Shown: positions 1 to 13,636, counted from the stretch's first letter. The stretch: 64,000 nucleotides of DNA from Squalus acanthias (GCA_030390025.1 CM059438.1:60762001-60826000), one strand, 5' to 3'. Notes: generated from the letters alone by a model not told the origin. A program made the numbers and translations.

Positions 1-1702
1 AGACTGAGCACACACTGGTGTCACACTAAAACACACTGCTCACAGACACTGAGCACACGCTGGTGTCACACTAAAACACTGCTCACAGACACTGAACACA
101 CACTGGTGTCACACTAAAACACTGCTCACAGACACTGAACACACACTGGTGTCACACTAAAACACTCTGCTCACAGACTGAGCACACACTGGTGTCACAC
201 TAAAACACTCTGCTCACAGACACTGAGCACACGCTGGTGTCACACTAAAACACTGCTCACAGACACTGAGCACACACTGGTGTCACACTAAAACACTCTG
301 CTCACAGACACTGGACACACGCTGGTGTCACACAAACACTCTGCTCACAGACACTGAACACACGCTGGTGTCACACAAACACTCTGCTCACAGACACTGA
401 ACACACGCTGGTGTCACACTAAAACACTCTGCTCAAAGACTGTGCACACACTGGTGTCACACTAAAACACTCTGCTCACAGACTGAGCACACACTGGTGT
501 CACACTAAAACACGCTGCTCACAGACACTGAACACACGCTGGTGTCACACTAAAACACTCTGCTCACAGACACTGAACACACGCTGGTGTCACACTAAAA
601 CACTCTGCTCACAGACTGAGCACACACTGGCGTCACACTAAAACACGCTGCTCACAGACACTGAACACACACTGGTGTCACACAAACACGCTGCTCACAG
701 ACACTGAGCACACGCTGGGGTCACACTAAAACACTCTGCTCACAGGCACTGGACACACACTGGTGTCACACTAAAACACTCTGCTCACAGACTGAGTACA
801 CACTGGTGCCACACTAAAACACTCTGCTCACAGACTGAGCACACACTGGCGTCACACAAAAACACTCTGCTCAGACACTGGACACACGCTGGTGTCACAC
901 TAAAACACTCTGCTCACAGACACTGGACACACACTGGTGTCACACTAAAACACTCTGCTCACAGACACTGAACACACGCTGGTGTCACACTAAAACACTC
1001 TGCTCACAGACTGAGCACACACTGGTGTCACACTAAAACACTCTGCTCAGACACTGAGCACACACTGGTGTCACACTAAAACACTCTGCTCACAGACACT
1101 GAGCACACACTGGTGTCACACTAAAACACTCTGCTCACAGACTGAGCACACACTGGTGTCACACTAAAACACTCTGCTCACAGACACTGGACACACGCTG
1201 GTGTCACACTAAAACACTCTGCTCACAGACACTGAACACACGCTGGTGTCACACTAAAACACACTGCTCACAGACACTGAGCACACGCTGGTGTCACACT
1301 AAAACACTGCTCACAGACACTGAGCACACGCTGGTGTCACACAAACACTGCTCACAGACACTGGACACGCTGGTGTCACACTAAAACACTCGGCTCACAG
1401 ACACTGAGCACACACTGGCGTCACACTAAAACTCTCTGCTCACAGACTGAGCACACGCTGGTGTCACACTAAAACACGCTGCTCACAGACACTGAACACA
1501 CACTGGTGTCACACTAAAACACTCTGCTCACAGACACTGAACACACACTGGTGTCACACTAAAACACTCTGCTCACAGACACTGAGCACACGCTGGTGTC
1601 ACACTAAAACACTCTGCTCACAGACTGAGCACACACTGGTGTCACACTAAAACACTGCTCACAGACACTGAGCACACGCTGGTGTCACACTAAAACACTC
1701 TG
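1..1702. repeat. Minisatellite, ~40-44 bp unit (ACACACTGGTGTCACACTAAAACACTCTGCTCACAGACACTGAG), runs off the left edge
   Basis: About 40 near-identical head-to-tail copies with small indel and substitution variants; no unique spacers. Confidence 0.97.
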
Positions 1703-1774
1703 CCTAAAGTGGAAAGCACGTTAACACAGACAGCAGCTCCACGTCAGACTTTCGTGAAACACAAACACACTCAC

Positions 1775-1818
1775 CTAAATTGTGAATGCTTTGTCAGAGG
1801 ACGAATCAGCAACCACAT
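1775..1818 (-). CDS. Candidate first coding segment (MWLLIRPLTKHSQF..) in a 115-nt exon (1889-1775) of an unidentified minus-strand gene
   Basis: Minus strand has acceptor tttttctgcatttgtacag| before 1889 and donor TTTAG|GTGAGT after 1775. ATG at 1818 has an in-frame upstream stop. It lies downstream of the CpG-island donor at ~8084. Confidence 0.45.
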
Positions 1819-1969
1819 AATGACCAAACTTCCTTAAATGCTCCGTTCAGAAATAGTGATGTGTACACACACAGTAAGTTAAAAGGTAACTGTACAAATG
1901 CAGAAAAATATTATAGCCTGTACTTATCACTGAAGATCTACAAAAACACACTCAGTGTGGTCCAATATA

Positions 1970-4700
1970 CCAACAGCAATTTGTATTTATATAGCGCCTT
2001 TAACGTAGTAAAACATTGCAAGGCGCTTCACAGGAGTATTAAGACAAAAAATAACACTGAGCCACATAAGGATAAATTAGGGCAGATGACCAAAAGCTTG
2101 GTCAAAGAGGTAGGTTTTAAAATGCATCTTTAAGGAGGAAAGAGAGGTAGAGATGTTTAGGCAGGGAATTCCAGAGCTTGGGGCCGAGGCAACTTGGTGC
2201 GAGTTAGGACACGGGCAGCCGAGTTTTGGATGACCTCAAGTTTACGTAGGGTGGAATGTTGGAGGCCAGCCAGGAGTGCGTTGGAATAGTCAAGTCTAGA
2301 GGTAACAAAGGCATGGATGAGGGTTTCAGCAGCGGATGAGCTGAGGCAGGGGCGGAGACGGGCGATGTTACGGAGTTGGAAGCAGGCGATCTTAGTTATG
2401 CCGCGGATGTGTAGTCGGAAGCTCATTTCAGGGTCAAATATGACACCAAGGTTGCGAACAGTATGGTTCAGCCTCAGACAGATGTTAGGGAGAGGGTTGG
2501 AGTCAGTGCCTAGGGAACAGAGCTTGTGGCGGGGACCGATAACAATGGCTTCGGTCTTCCCAATATTTAACTGGAGAAAATTTCTGCTCATCCAGAACAG
2601 GATGTCAGACAAGCAGTCTGACAATTTAGAGATCGTGGGGACCCGTGAGAAGTGGTGGTGAGGTAGAGCTGGGTGTCGTCAGTGTACATGTGGAAACTAA
2701 CGCTGTGTTTTCGGATGATGTCGCCAAGGGGCAACATGTCGATGAGAAATAGGAGGGGGCGAAGGATAGATCCTTGGGGTACACCAGAGGTAACGATGCG
2801 GGAGCGGGAAGAGAAGCCATTGCGGGTGAGTCTCTGGCTACGATTAGATAGATAAGAATGGAACCAGGCGAGTGCAGTCCCACCCAGCTGGACTACGGTG
2901 GAGAGGCGTTGGAGAAGGATGGAGTGGTCAATCATGTGAAAGGCTGCAGACAAGTCAAGAAGGACTAGTTTACCTTTGTCACAGTCACAAAGGATGTCAT
3001 TTGTGACTTTGATGAGAACCGATTTGGTACTGTGGCAAGGGCGGAAACCTGATTGGAGGAATTCAAACATGGAGTTCTGGGAAAGATGGGCACGAATTTG
3101 GGAGGCGGCAACACGTTCAAGGAATTTGGAGAGGAAAGGGAGGTTGGAGATGGGGCAGTAGTTTGCAAGGACGGAGGGGTCAAGGGCTGGTTTTTTTGAG
3201 GAGGGGGTGATGACGGCAGATTTGAGTGTGAGGGAGACAGTACCATTAACAATGTCAGCTAACATGGCAGCCAGAAAATGAAGTTGAGTGGTCAGCAGTT
3301 TGGTGGGAATAGGGTCGAAGGAGCAGGAGGTGGACAAGATGAGTGCAGAGAGGTCATGAGGGGAGATCAGAGAGAAACTGGAGAAAGATGAGAGTTCAGG
3401 GCTAGGGCTGGGGGAAACCTGAGAGGAAATTTGGCCCAGTGGGCATGGGGAAGGAAGGGAAGTGGCAGAGGCAGCTGAACAGATGGTCTCAATCTTAGAG
3501 ACAAAGAAGTCCATGAGCTATTCACACTTGTTGTTGGAGGTGAGGGTGGAGGACACAGGGAAGAGGGGTTAAAGAAGATGGTTAGCTATGGAGAATAGAA
3601 GCCGGGGTTCATCTTTGCATTCCAGAATGATTTTGGAATAGTGAGCAATTTTGGCAGACAAAAGCAGGACCCGATAATGCTTTATGTGGTCCAGCCAGAT
3701 CTGGCGGTGAATGGCTAAACCAGTTGTATGCCGTATCCGTTCAAGTCTGCATCCCTTGGACTTAAAGGGAGCGAAGATGAGGGCCGTACCATGGGGAATG
3801 GCCAGGGTGAGAGAGAGAGTAATTGTTTTAATAGGGACTAGCGCATCCAAGGTGGTGGTGAGGGCGTGGTTGAGCAGATCAGTAGCTGCAGAAATGTTGT
3901 GGTGAATGGCGGGCCAAAAGCTGGACAGTTGGGATTTCATAAGTGTAGTTGGGAGAGAGTTTTTTTTTCCAGGGGCGAACACAGAAGGAAGTAGGGTTGA
4001 GGGGGGTGGAAGGGGGATGTAGGTGGAGAGCAATACGAGGAAGTGGTTAGAGATGATCTTATCTGCGATTGACACGATGGGAGTAGCGAGGCCACGAGAG
4101 ATGACAAGGTCGAGGGGGTGGCCTTGAATATGGGTTCGGGAGTTTACATGGAGGGAGAGATTAAGGAAGGATAGGAGGCTAGTGAACTCAGAGGAGAGAG
4201 AGCATGATGAATTGAGATGGAGGTTGAAATCACCGAGGATGAGAAGTCGTTCAGTGCAGAGGTTGAGGGAGGAAAGCAGTGAAGATATCTCAGTAATAAA
4301 ATGTTTATGGTACTTGGGTGGGCGGTAGAGAACGAGAATTTTAAATATGAGTTGAGAGGGGTGGAATAAGGTGAGATACTCAAAAGGAGGAGAAAGTGCC
4401 TGAGGAGTAGGGGGACAGACCAAGGTATGATTTGGTGATGAGAGCCACACCACCACGACAGCCTGGTTGGGGCAAGTGGTGGAAGGTATAGCCAGGCGGG
4501 GAGGCTTCATTTAAGGGTAAGGTGTCATCACCCCTCAACCAAGTTTCCGTCAGGGCCATGATGTCGATGCAATCATCAACGATAAGCTCATGGATGGCAA
4601 GGGCCTTGTTCACAAGTGAACAGACATTCTGGAGGGAGATACGGAGAGGGTCGGTGATAGCTGATGCAGTAGCAGAGTCCACAGGGTCAGCGCTGGGGGG
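1970..4700 (-). mobile_element. L2-clade LINE, decayed ORF2 (APE endonuclease + RT) with 3' tail
   Basis: ORF fragments ISLQNVCSLVNK/LTETWL, LILGDFNLH, GVPQGSIL, YTDDTQ, FVTSRLDYSNALL. The L2 tail (GGCGCTATATAAATACAA..TTG) is at ~1970-2000. Confidence 0.93.
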
Positions 4701-4787
4701 GGGACTTGGACAGGGAGGAGTATTCTGAACAGGGTCTACATTCCCACACCCACTTCACTATCAGATCTCACGTCCTTCCAATTGTCC

Positions 4788-6090
4788 ATAAGAACATAAG
4801 AAATAGGAGATGGGGTAGGCCATTCGACCCTTTGAGCCTGCTCCGCCATTCAATGAGATCATGGCTGATCTTCTGCCTCAACTCCATTCACCGGCCTTAT
4901 CGCCATATCCCTTGATGCCCTTACTAGTCAGAAATCTATTGACTTCTGTTTTGAATATACCCAATGACTGAGCCTCCACAGCCCTCTAGGGTAGAGAATT
5001 CCAAAGATTCACCACCCTGTGTGAAGAAATTTCTTCTCATCTCAGTCCTGAATGGCCTACCCTTTATCCTGAGGCAGTGGCCCCTGGTTCTAGACTCCCC
5101 AGCCAAGGGAAACATTCTCCCAGCATCCACCCCATCAAGCCCTGTAATAATTTTGTATGCTTCAATGAGATCCCCTCTCATTCTTCTGAATTCAAGAGAA
5201 TACAGGCCTAGTTTACTCAATCTCTTCTCATACGACAGTCCCACCATCCCAGGAATCAATCTCGTGAACCTTCGTTGCACTCCCTCTATGGCAAGTATAT
5301 CCTTCCTTAGGTAAGGAGATCAAAATTGTACACAGTACTCCAGGTGTGGTCTCACCAAGGCCCTATATAATTGGAGTAAGACTTCTTTACTCCTGTACTC
5401 AAATCCTCTTGTAATGAAGGCCAGCATACCATTTGCCTTCCTAATGGCTTGCTGCACCTGCACATTCACTTTCAGTGACTCATGTACAAGGATACCCAAG
5501 GTCCCTTTGAGCATCTGCATTCCCCAATCTTTCACCATTTAGGAAATACTCTACCTTTCTGTTTTTTCTACCAAAGTGGATAACTCCAATAGGTTTGTCA
5601 AACAGGACTTCCCTTTCATAAATCCATGTTGACTCTGCCCAATCTTACTATTAGTTTCTAAGTGCCCAGTTATTGCATCCTTTATAATAGATTCCAGCAT
5701 TTTCCCAACTACTGATGTGAGGCTAACAGGTCTGTAGTTCCCCATTTTCTCTCTCCCTCCTTTCTTAAATAGCGGGGTTACATTTGCTATCCTCCAATCT
5801 GCAGGAACCGTTCCAGAATCTCTAGAATTTTGGAAGATGACAACCAATGTGTCCACTATCCCAATGGCCACCTCTTTCAAAACCCAGGTGGTCATCCGGT
5901 CCTTGAGATTTAGTCCCATTAATTTTGCTAGTACTGTTTTTTTACTAATAATAATTTCTTTAAGTTACTCATTCTCGCCACACCCTTGGTTTTCTCGTAT
6001 TTCTGGGAGGTTTTTTGTGTCTTCCTCCGGAAAGACAGAAACAAAGTATTTATTTAATTTCTCTGCCATTTCCTCATTCCCCATTATAAG
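4788..6090 (-). mobile_element. CR1 (HER1-like) LINE, 5'-truncated, with internal deletion near 5585
   Basis: GNYRPVSLTSVVGK and LVRPHLEYCVQF motifs; CR1 3' tail CTTATGTTCTTATG at ~4790. Confidence 0.92.
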
Positions 6091-6514
6091 CTAATTGCTC
6101 TAAATGATCAGTTACTTTCAAAGTTAACACATCTGTTCTTGACAGATGTTGACTGGCCTGCTGAGTGTTTCCAGCATTTTCTGGGTTTTTGTTCAGATTT
6201 CCAGCACATGCAGTTTTGTTTATACTGGAATCATGTGTGGCTGAAACAGAATGTTAAACTATTCCTACAGATAACTGAAGGTTCCTCCCCTCCCAGAAGT
6301 AGAGACAATCAATCAGCACAGAATCATCTCCAATTCGTCTGCACACTACAAATTATTACTGGATTACAGCATTTGATACAAAGTGCTTCATACAATTCTG
6401 ACTGTAAGAGAACTATGCATATCAGAGATACCCATAGACAGTATTGCAAACAGTTCATTTCTCAATGCTAGCAGCAGACCAAACATATACTGAACAATCG
6501 GACCAAGACACATA

Positions 6515-6666
6515 ACAACAACAACAACTTGTATTTATATAGCACCTTTAACATAGTAAAACGTCCCAAGGCGCTTCACAGGAGTGTTATAAGACAAAAA
6601 ATTGACACCGAGCCACATAAGAAATTAGGGCAGATGACCAAAAGCTTGGTCAAAGAGGTAGGTTTT
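6515..6666 (-). mobile_element. L2 3'-end fragment
   Basis: Nearly identical to 1970-2120, with (CAA)n tail. Confidence 0.85.
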
Positions 6667-7080
6667 AGCCCCCATTTTAAAATTATGCAGTTACCTTATT
6701 TTTATATTACCGTTATAAATTTGTAATGGGAACTGCTCATGTAAACTTGTCACACTGTAGTTACAACCTCTTGCTAGTGGTGGCAATGCATTCTGCGAAT
6801 GGCTTTACTCTGCTTTGTCAGTTTTTCACTCGCCCCACAACAGTTGATACCCAGCCTGGCCATCAGGCCACAACATTTATGTAGAAGAAATAATGATTGT
6901 GGTATGACTGTTGTAAGCTTATTGAGAAATAACTGGCAACTGTGAGATCTGCGCCTGCACCAGGTTGCATCATGCAAACAAATGCACACATTACAGGCAC
7001 AAGCTGCACTTTTATGCAATTTCAACATATCAGAATGCCTCCTGGCACTTTATTGGGAAGGGATTGGAGCAGATTAGGTC

Positions 7081-7515
7081 AGCCATGGTTCAGTGGTAGC
7101 ACTCTCACCTGAATCTGAACATTGTGGGTTCAAGTCCCACTCCAGAGACTTGAGCACATAATCCAGGCTGACACTCCAGTGCAGTGCTGAGGGAGTGCTG
7201 CACTGTCGGAGGTGCCGGCTTTCGGATGAAATGTCAAACAGAGGCTCCATCTACCCTCTCAATGTAAAAGATCCCACGGCACTATTCAAAGAGCAGGGGA
7301 GTTCTCCCTGGTCTCCTGCCCAATATTTATCCTTCAACCAACATCGCAAAAACAGATTATCCAGTCATTTATCACCATGCCGTTTGTGGGACCTTGCTGT
7401 GTGCAAATTGGCTGCCGCGTTTCCTACATTATAAGAATCACTACACATCAAAAGTACTTCATTAAAGAGCTTTGGAACATCCTGAGGTTCTGAAAGGCAC
7501 TGTATAATTGCAAGT
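7081..7515 (+). mobile_element. tRNA-derived SINE with Deu-like core and L2-type tail (SacSINE1-like)
   Basis: A/B boxes TGGTTCAGTGG..GGTTCAAGTCCC; core GTGCAAATTGGCTGCCGCGTTTCCTACATT; several further copies in the window. Confidence 0.8.
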
Positions 7516-7649
7516 GCTGTCTAATAGCATTGCTACCAAAGGGTGACCAATCAAGATAAAAAGGTGGCATAAAAAGTGCAATTTGTTTGCAGCCGATCAC
7601 CTAGAAACATTGCACAGTTGCCATTCGGAGACCGTGCACTTTGGTTGTA

Positions 7650-8290
7650 CCAACTTCAAACTTTTATCTGTGAGGCGGGAGAAGCGAGGCTGCAAAGACA
7701 AAGAGGGCGCTTCATTCAAAAAGCGGCCCGGTGTGAAGTACCCCAGATACCGTGCTGAACACGGCCCACCCCGCGCCGGGACGACACACTTAAGAGTTTG
7801 CACAGGGAGGACCAGAGGAATTAAAGTCCAAGCCCATCCATTCCAGGGCGCTGCAGGGTCACCTGTGAACAGGTCAACCTCCCCACCGCCAGGGCCTCAC
7901 CGTGACAGGCCCGCACCCCGGGGCAGGGGGGAGGATCGCCTCGCCGAGCACTCTCCCGCTTTCTGTCCCTCACACTCAGAGCGTTTCCTCACCTCACCGC
8001 GCTCGCTCCCCTCAGCCAACGCTCGAACTCCACACGGTTCACGTCCTCCAACTGAGAGCAGCAGGCCCGGCCCACCGCACTCACGCAGGCACGCACGGCG
8101 TGCCGAGCCGACGTGAGGGCGTTACGGACTCGGCGGCGTGATGACATCACTGACACCGCTGCGCAGTGCCGTCATGGACACTGCAGCGCGCTGCCACGTC
8201 GGACCGGCGCACTGACGTCATCGCCACCGGCCACAGCGACCTGGGGAGTGGGAGAGGGCGTGAGTTTGTGACGTCATTGAGCATTTCTCC
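7650..8290 (-). promoter_or_regulatory. CpG-island promoter with probable non-coding first exon (minus strand)
   Basis: CpG-rich non-repeat DNA. Perfect CRE palindromes TGACGTCA at 8213-8220 and 8269-8276, and TGACATCA at ~8142. Minus-strand donor CCTGC|GTGAGT at ~8084. Confidence 0.75.
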
Positions 8291-8452
8291 AAGTCGTTTG
8301 GAAAGTTGAGTTTTAGGCTGGGTGGGCCTATGTGGAAAAAAAAGGGCAGCAAACTTCTAATAGCAGACCCCATTCTAGTGGTACAGAGCAGTGAGATTAT
8401 TGTTCATGGTCATGGTGTCCTGCTCATAAAGAAAGGCTTGCATTTATTTACA

Positions 8453-8598
8453 GGAAATGCTCAGCAGGTCAGGCAGCATCGACCTGAAACGTTAACCCTG
8501 TTTCTCTCTCTCCACAGATGCTGCCTGACCCGCTGAGTATTTGCAGAACTTTCTGTTTTTATTTCAGATTTCCAGCATCCGCAGTATTTTGCTTTTGT
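8453..8598. mobile_element. Palindromic short repeat (probably Penelope-derived), centre partly deleted
   Basis: Inverted arms CTCAGCAGGTCAGGCAGCATC / GATGCTGCCTGACCCGCTGAG; same family at 6140-6220, 40190-40370 and 54500-54550. Confidence 0.6.
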
Positions 8599-8959
8599 AC
8601 TTGCATTTATTTAGCGCCTTTAACGACCTCAGGATGTCCCAGAGCGCTTTATGACCAATGGATTACTTTTGAAGAGTAGTCACTCTTGTAATGTAGGAAC
8701 CACCCTTACTCTCCAGCCTGTCACAGCCGCAGGGGTGCCACCCATCTGATTTTGAACTAGGCTGGATTTTTTTTTCCAATTTTTCTCCCCACTTCATGTG
8801 TTGATTCGAGCAAGGGTACAGTTCGACGCAAGCCAACAGCTTTCTGGCACCATGGCAATTGTTCAGCTATAAAGAGGAAACCTGCAAATCAAAAATGAAA
8901 ACTGAACACCGCTGTAAGTATGCAGCAGGTGTGGGCAGCATCCCAAAAAAAGACAGGCT

Positions 8960-11095
8960 GATGCCCTAGTCCCTATTAAAACAATTACTCTCTCATCATG
9001 GCCATTCCACCTGGTACAGCCCTCATCTTCGCTCCCTTAAGGCCAAGGGGCACAGACTTGAACAGATATGGCGGACAACTGATTTAGCCATTCCCCGCCA
9101 GATCTGGCTGGACCACATTAAGCATTATCGGGTGCTGCTCTTGTCTGCCAAAATTGCTCACTATTCCAGAATCATTCTGGAATGCAAAGATAAACCCCGG
9201 CTTCTATTCTCCACTACTAACCGTCTTCTTAAACCCCTTTCCTCCGTCTCCTCCACCCTCACCTCCAACAACAAGTGTGAGGAGCTCATGGACTTCTTTG
9301 TCTCTAAGATTGAGACCAACTGTTCAGCTGCCTCTGCCACGTTCCTTCCCCTAGCCCACCAGGCCAAACTTCCTCTAAGGCTCCTCCCTGTCCTAGCCCT
9401 AGCCCTGAACTCATATCTTTCTCCAGTTTCTCTCCAATCTCCCCTCATGACCTCTCCGCGCTCATCTTGTCCATAAGAGCCAATTCCTGCTCCCTCGACC
9501 CTATTCCCACCAAACTGCTGACCACCCAACTTCCTTTTCTGGCTCCCATGTTAGCTGACATTGTTAACAGTTCTCTCTCCTCAGGTACTGTTCCCCTCTC
9601 CCTCAAATCTGCCGTCATCACCCCTCTCAAAAAAAAAACCCTTGACCCCTCCGTCCTTGCAAACTACCGCCTCATCTCCAACCTCCCTTTCCTCTCCACA
9701 GTCCTTGAACGTGTTGTTGCCTCCCAAATTCGTGCCCATCTTTCCCGCAATTCCTTGTTTGAATCCCTCCAATCAGGTTTCCGCCCTTGCCACAGTACCG
9801 AAACGGCTCTCGGCAAAGTCACAAATGGCATACTTTGTGACTGTGATAAAGGTAAGCTATCCCTCCTCGTCCTTCTTGACTTGTCTGCAGCCTTTGACAC
9901 GGTTGACCACTCCATCCTTCTCCAACTTCGTCCATTTGGGTGGGACTGCACTCGCCTGGTTCCATTCTTATCTATCTAATCGTAGCCAGAGAATCACCTG
10001 CAAAGGCTTCTCTTCCCACTCCTGCGTCATTACCTCTGGTGTCCCCCAAGGATCTATCCTTGGCCCCCTCCTATTTCTCATCTACATGTTGCCCCTTGGC
10101 GACATCATCCAAAAACACAGCGTCAGTTTCCACATGTACGCTGACAACACCCAGCTCTAGCTCACTACCACTTCTCTCGACCCCTCCACTGTCTCTAAAT
10201 TGTCAGACTGCTTGTCCGACATCCTGTTCTGGATGAGCAGAAATTTTCTCCAATTAAATATTGGGAAGACCGAAGCCATTGTTTTCTGTCCCCGCCACAA
10301 ACTCCGTTTCCTCGCCACTGACTCCATCCTTCTCCCTAACATCTGTCTGAGGCTGAACCACACTGTTCGCAACCTTGGTGTCATATTTGACCCTGAAATG
10401 AGCTTCCGACCACATATCTGCAGCATAACTAAGACTGCCTACCTCTGTAACATCGCCCATCTCCGCCCTTGCCTCAGCTCATAAGCTGCTGAAACCCTCA
10501 TCCATGCCTTTATTACCTCTAGACTTGACTATTCCAACGCACTCCTGGCTGGCCTCCCACATTCTACCCTATATAAACCTGAGGTGATCCAAAACTCGGC
10601 TGCCCGTGTCCTAACTCACACCAAGTCCCGTTCACCCATCACCCCTGTGCTCGCTGACCTACATTGGCTCTCGGTTATGCAATGCCTCGATTTCAAAATT
10701 CTCATCCTTGTTTTCAAAACCCTCCATGGCTTTGCCCCTCCCTATCTCTGTAATCTCCTTCAGCCCCAGAACCCCCCGAGATATCTGCGCTCCTCTAATT
10801 CTGCCCTCTTGAGCATCCCTGATTATAATCGCTCAACCATTGGTGGCCGTGGGTTCTGTTGCTGAGGCCCTAAGTGTTGAAATTCCCTGCCTAAACCTCT
10901 CCGCCTCTCTACCTCTCTTTCCTCCTTTAAGACGCTCCTTAAAACCTACTTCTTTGACCAAGCTTTTGGTCACCTGCCCTAATTTAACCTTATGTGGCTC
11001 GGTGTCAAATTTTTTATCTTATAATACTCCTGTGAAACCCCTTGGGATGTTTTACTACGTTAAAGGCGCTATATAAATACAAGTTGTTGTTGTTG
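8960..11095 (+). mobile_element. L2-clade LINE, 5'-truncated and decayed
   Basis: [13 protein letters not shown] and GVPQGSILGP motifs; tail GGCGCTATATAAATACAAGTTGTTGTTG; same family as 1970-4700. Confidence 0.93.
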
Positions 11096-11487
11096 ACGTT
11101 CCAGATGTGGACTCTGTCAAAAGTCAGAATGCTAATACTGCTTTTCATATGATCTGTGTGTTATCAGCATTTTATGGCCATTCTTCATGTGTGAAGACAG
11201 ACCAAATGTGCTAACAGGATCTTGAGAATGGACAGCATCACACCTGAGCCCAGCATTCTTCACACACAATGTCTTCCAGCAATGGTCCCTGAATGGCTAT
11301 CAGGAGCAGAAACCTTGGTTAACCATTTCCTGCTCTAATCCAGGAATGCTATGCAACTCCTCTGTTATCCTTTTTGACTTCTTTTACTCTATATATTTTT
11401 CACGTTTGTGTTTCAGACCAGTCTTGTTGGTGAGCTCTTGCTCCTGACATTCTCAAAGCATACTGAATCCTGGGCTTTATAAATAGA

Positions 11488-12353
11488 ATTGAGAGGTCGC
11501 ACAACACCAGGTTATAGTCCAACAGTTTTATTTGAAATCACAAGCTTTCGGAGCTTACTACTCCTTCGTCGGGTGAAGTAAAAAGATACAGAATCGCCAA
11601 AGCATATATAGATAGAGAACAATGCATGTGTACCTTACAATTGCAGACAACTAAATTAAATCATCCTGACTATCTGCCGAGGTGTGATAAAGTTAATCAG
11701 GTCAGCCAGGAAGGTACCACATCAAAGACATAGCAAGATACAACTGAGACAATGAGGTGGAGTCGCAGGGGGTCTAACGTGTCAAAAGCTGCCGTCTGTA
11801 TGTAAAACGATAAGCTTTAAAAATTTTACTTTTTTACTGGGAAAATTTTTACTTTTTTACTGGGAATCACATCTGTGAACAAGCCAACGACAACTCGAGT
11901 CCGGATCACGTCATGTATCGTGACATAAACCCAAGATCCCGGTTGAGACCGTCTTCATGAGTGCGGAACTTGGCTATCAGTTTCTGCTCGATGATTTTGC
12001 GTTGTCGTGTGTTCCTAAGGTTGCCTTGGAGAACGCTTACCTGCAGATCCGAGGCTGAATGTCCTTGACTGCTGAAGTGTTCCCCGACTGGGAGGTAACA
12101 ATCCTGCCTGGCGATTGTTGCGCGGTGCTCGTTCATACGTTGTCTCAGTGTCTGCATGGTCTCGCCGATGTACCATGCCGCGGTGCATTCTTTCCTGCAA
12201 CGTATGAGGTAGACAACGTTGGCCGAGTCACATGAGTATGTACCATGTACCTGGTGGGTAGTGTCCTCACGTGTGATGGTGGTATCTGTGTTGATGATCT
12301 GGCATGTCTTGCAGAGTTTGCCGTGGCAGGGTCGTGTGGTGTCGTGGTCGCTG
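11488..12353 (-). mobile_element. Penelope-like element, 3' part (GIY-YIG endonuclease + pseudo-LTR)
   Basis: Minus frame reads NVVYLIRC..WYIGETMQTLRQRMNEHR..PVGEHF..GLNRD. A 10-bp TSD TATAAATAGA (11478-11487 / 12354-12363) lies in an old CR1 fragment. Confidence 0.9.
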
Positions 12354-13636
12354 TATAAATAGAGGCATAGAGTACAAATGCAAGGAAGTTATGCTAAACC
12401 TTTATAAATTACTGGTTAGGCCCTAGCTGGAGTATTGTGTACAATTCTGGACAGCACACTTTAGGAAGGATGTCAAGGCCTTAACTACTTGTAGTGCTTT
12501 GTGTTACAGGTCGATATTTAATTTCATTTACCCATAAGTTAATCTAGATCAAGTAAGTAGTCAAGAAACTAAACTGTAAACTAAGTTATTTCAGCACAAA
12601 TTTAATTAAATAAAACAAGGTCATATAGGGATGGCAGTGCAGGTGGTGTGCCGCAACTGCAGCATGTGGGAGTTTGTGGAGAGCATTGGGATCCCGGACA
12701 ACCACGTTTGCAGTAAGTGCCTGCATCTTGAGGAACTTCAGCTCAGAGTTTTTGAGCTGGAGTCTGAGGTGCAGACATTGCGGGGCATTAGGGAGGGGGA
12801 GAGTTACCTGGATACTTTGATCCAGGAGGCAGTCACACTCCTTAGGTTAGGTAGTGGTACAGGTCTGGTTAGTGGTCAGGGACAGGGGGGTGTGACTGCT
12901 ACTCAGGCAGGTAACGGGACCCCAGGTGCAGTGCTGGAGGAGCCTTAGCCTTTGCCCTTGTCCAACAGGTATGAGGTTCTCACTGCCTGTGTGGATGAGG
13001 GAAAAGCCTGCAGGATGGATGAGCAAGCTGCCCATGGCACCATGGTGCAGGAGGCCATTCAAGTGCAGGGAGTGAAAGGGAATGTAGTTGTGGTAGGAGA
13101 CAGTATAGTCAGGGGGATAGATACTGTTCTTTGCAGCCACGACCGAGAGTTCCGAAGGTTGTGTTGCCTGCCAGGGATAAAGACATCTCCTCGTGGCTGG
13201 AGAAGAACTTGGAGTGGGCGTGGGAGTGGGAGGATCCAGTTGTCGTGGTCCACGTAGGAACCAATGACATAGGTAGAACTAGTAGTGAGGTTCTGCTGAG
13301 AGAGTTTGAGGAGTTGGGGTCCAAATTAAAAAGCAGAACCTCAAAGGTAATAATCTCTGGATTGTTACCTGGGCCACGTGTCAATTAGCATAGCAATAAG
13401 CAGATTAGAAGGTTAAATGCGTGGCTCAAAGAGTGGTGTGGGAGGCAGGGGTTTCGCTTCATGAGCCACTGGCACCAGTACCGGGGAAAAAGGGAGCTGT
13501 TCTGTTGGGAACAGGCTCCACTTAAACCATGCTGGAACCAGTGTCCTGGCAAATCGAATAACTGGGGCAATAGACAGGGCTTTAAACTAATGAAGGGGGG
13601 CTGGGAGGTTTCAGGAAAGAGTAAATTTAAAAGCAG

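Noticed and set aside
1..1702. CRISPR-like array
   Set aside because: Units are contiguous with no unique spacers, the context is eukaryotic, and there are no cas genes.
7081..7150. tRNA gene
   Set aside because: It is the tRNA-derived head of a SINE and continues into the SINE body.
7583..8116. 177-aa ORF
   Set aside because: Non-ATG start, Pro/Arg-rich by-product of a CpG island, no recognisable domain.
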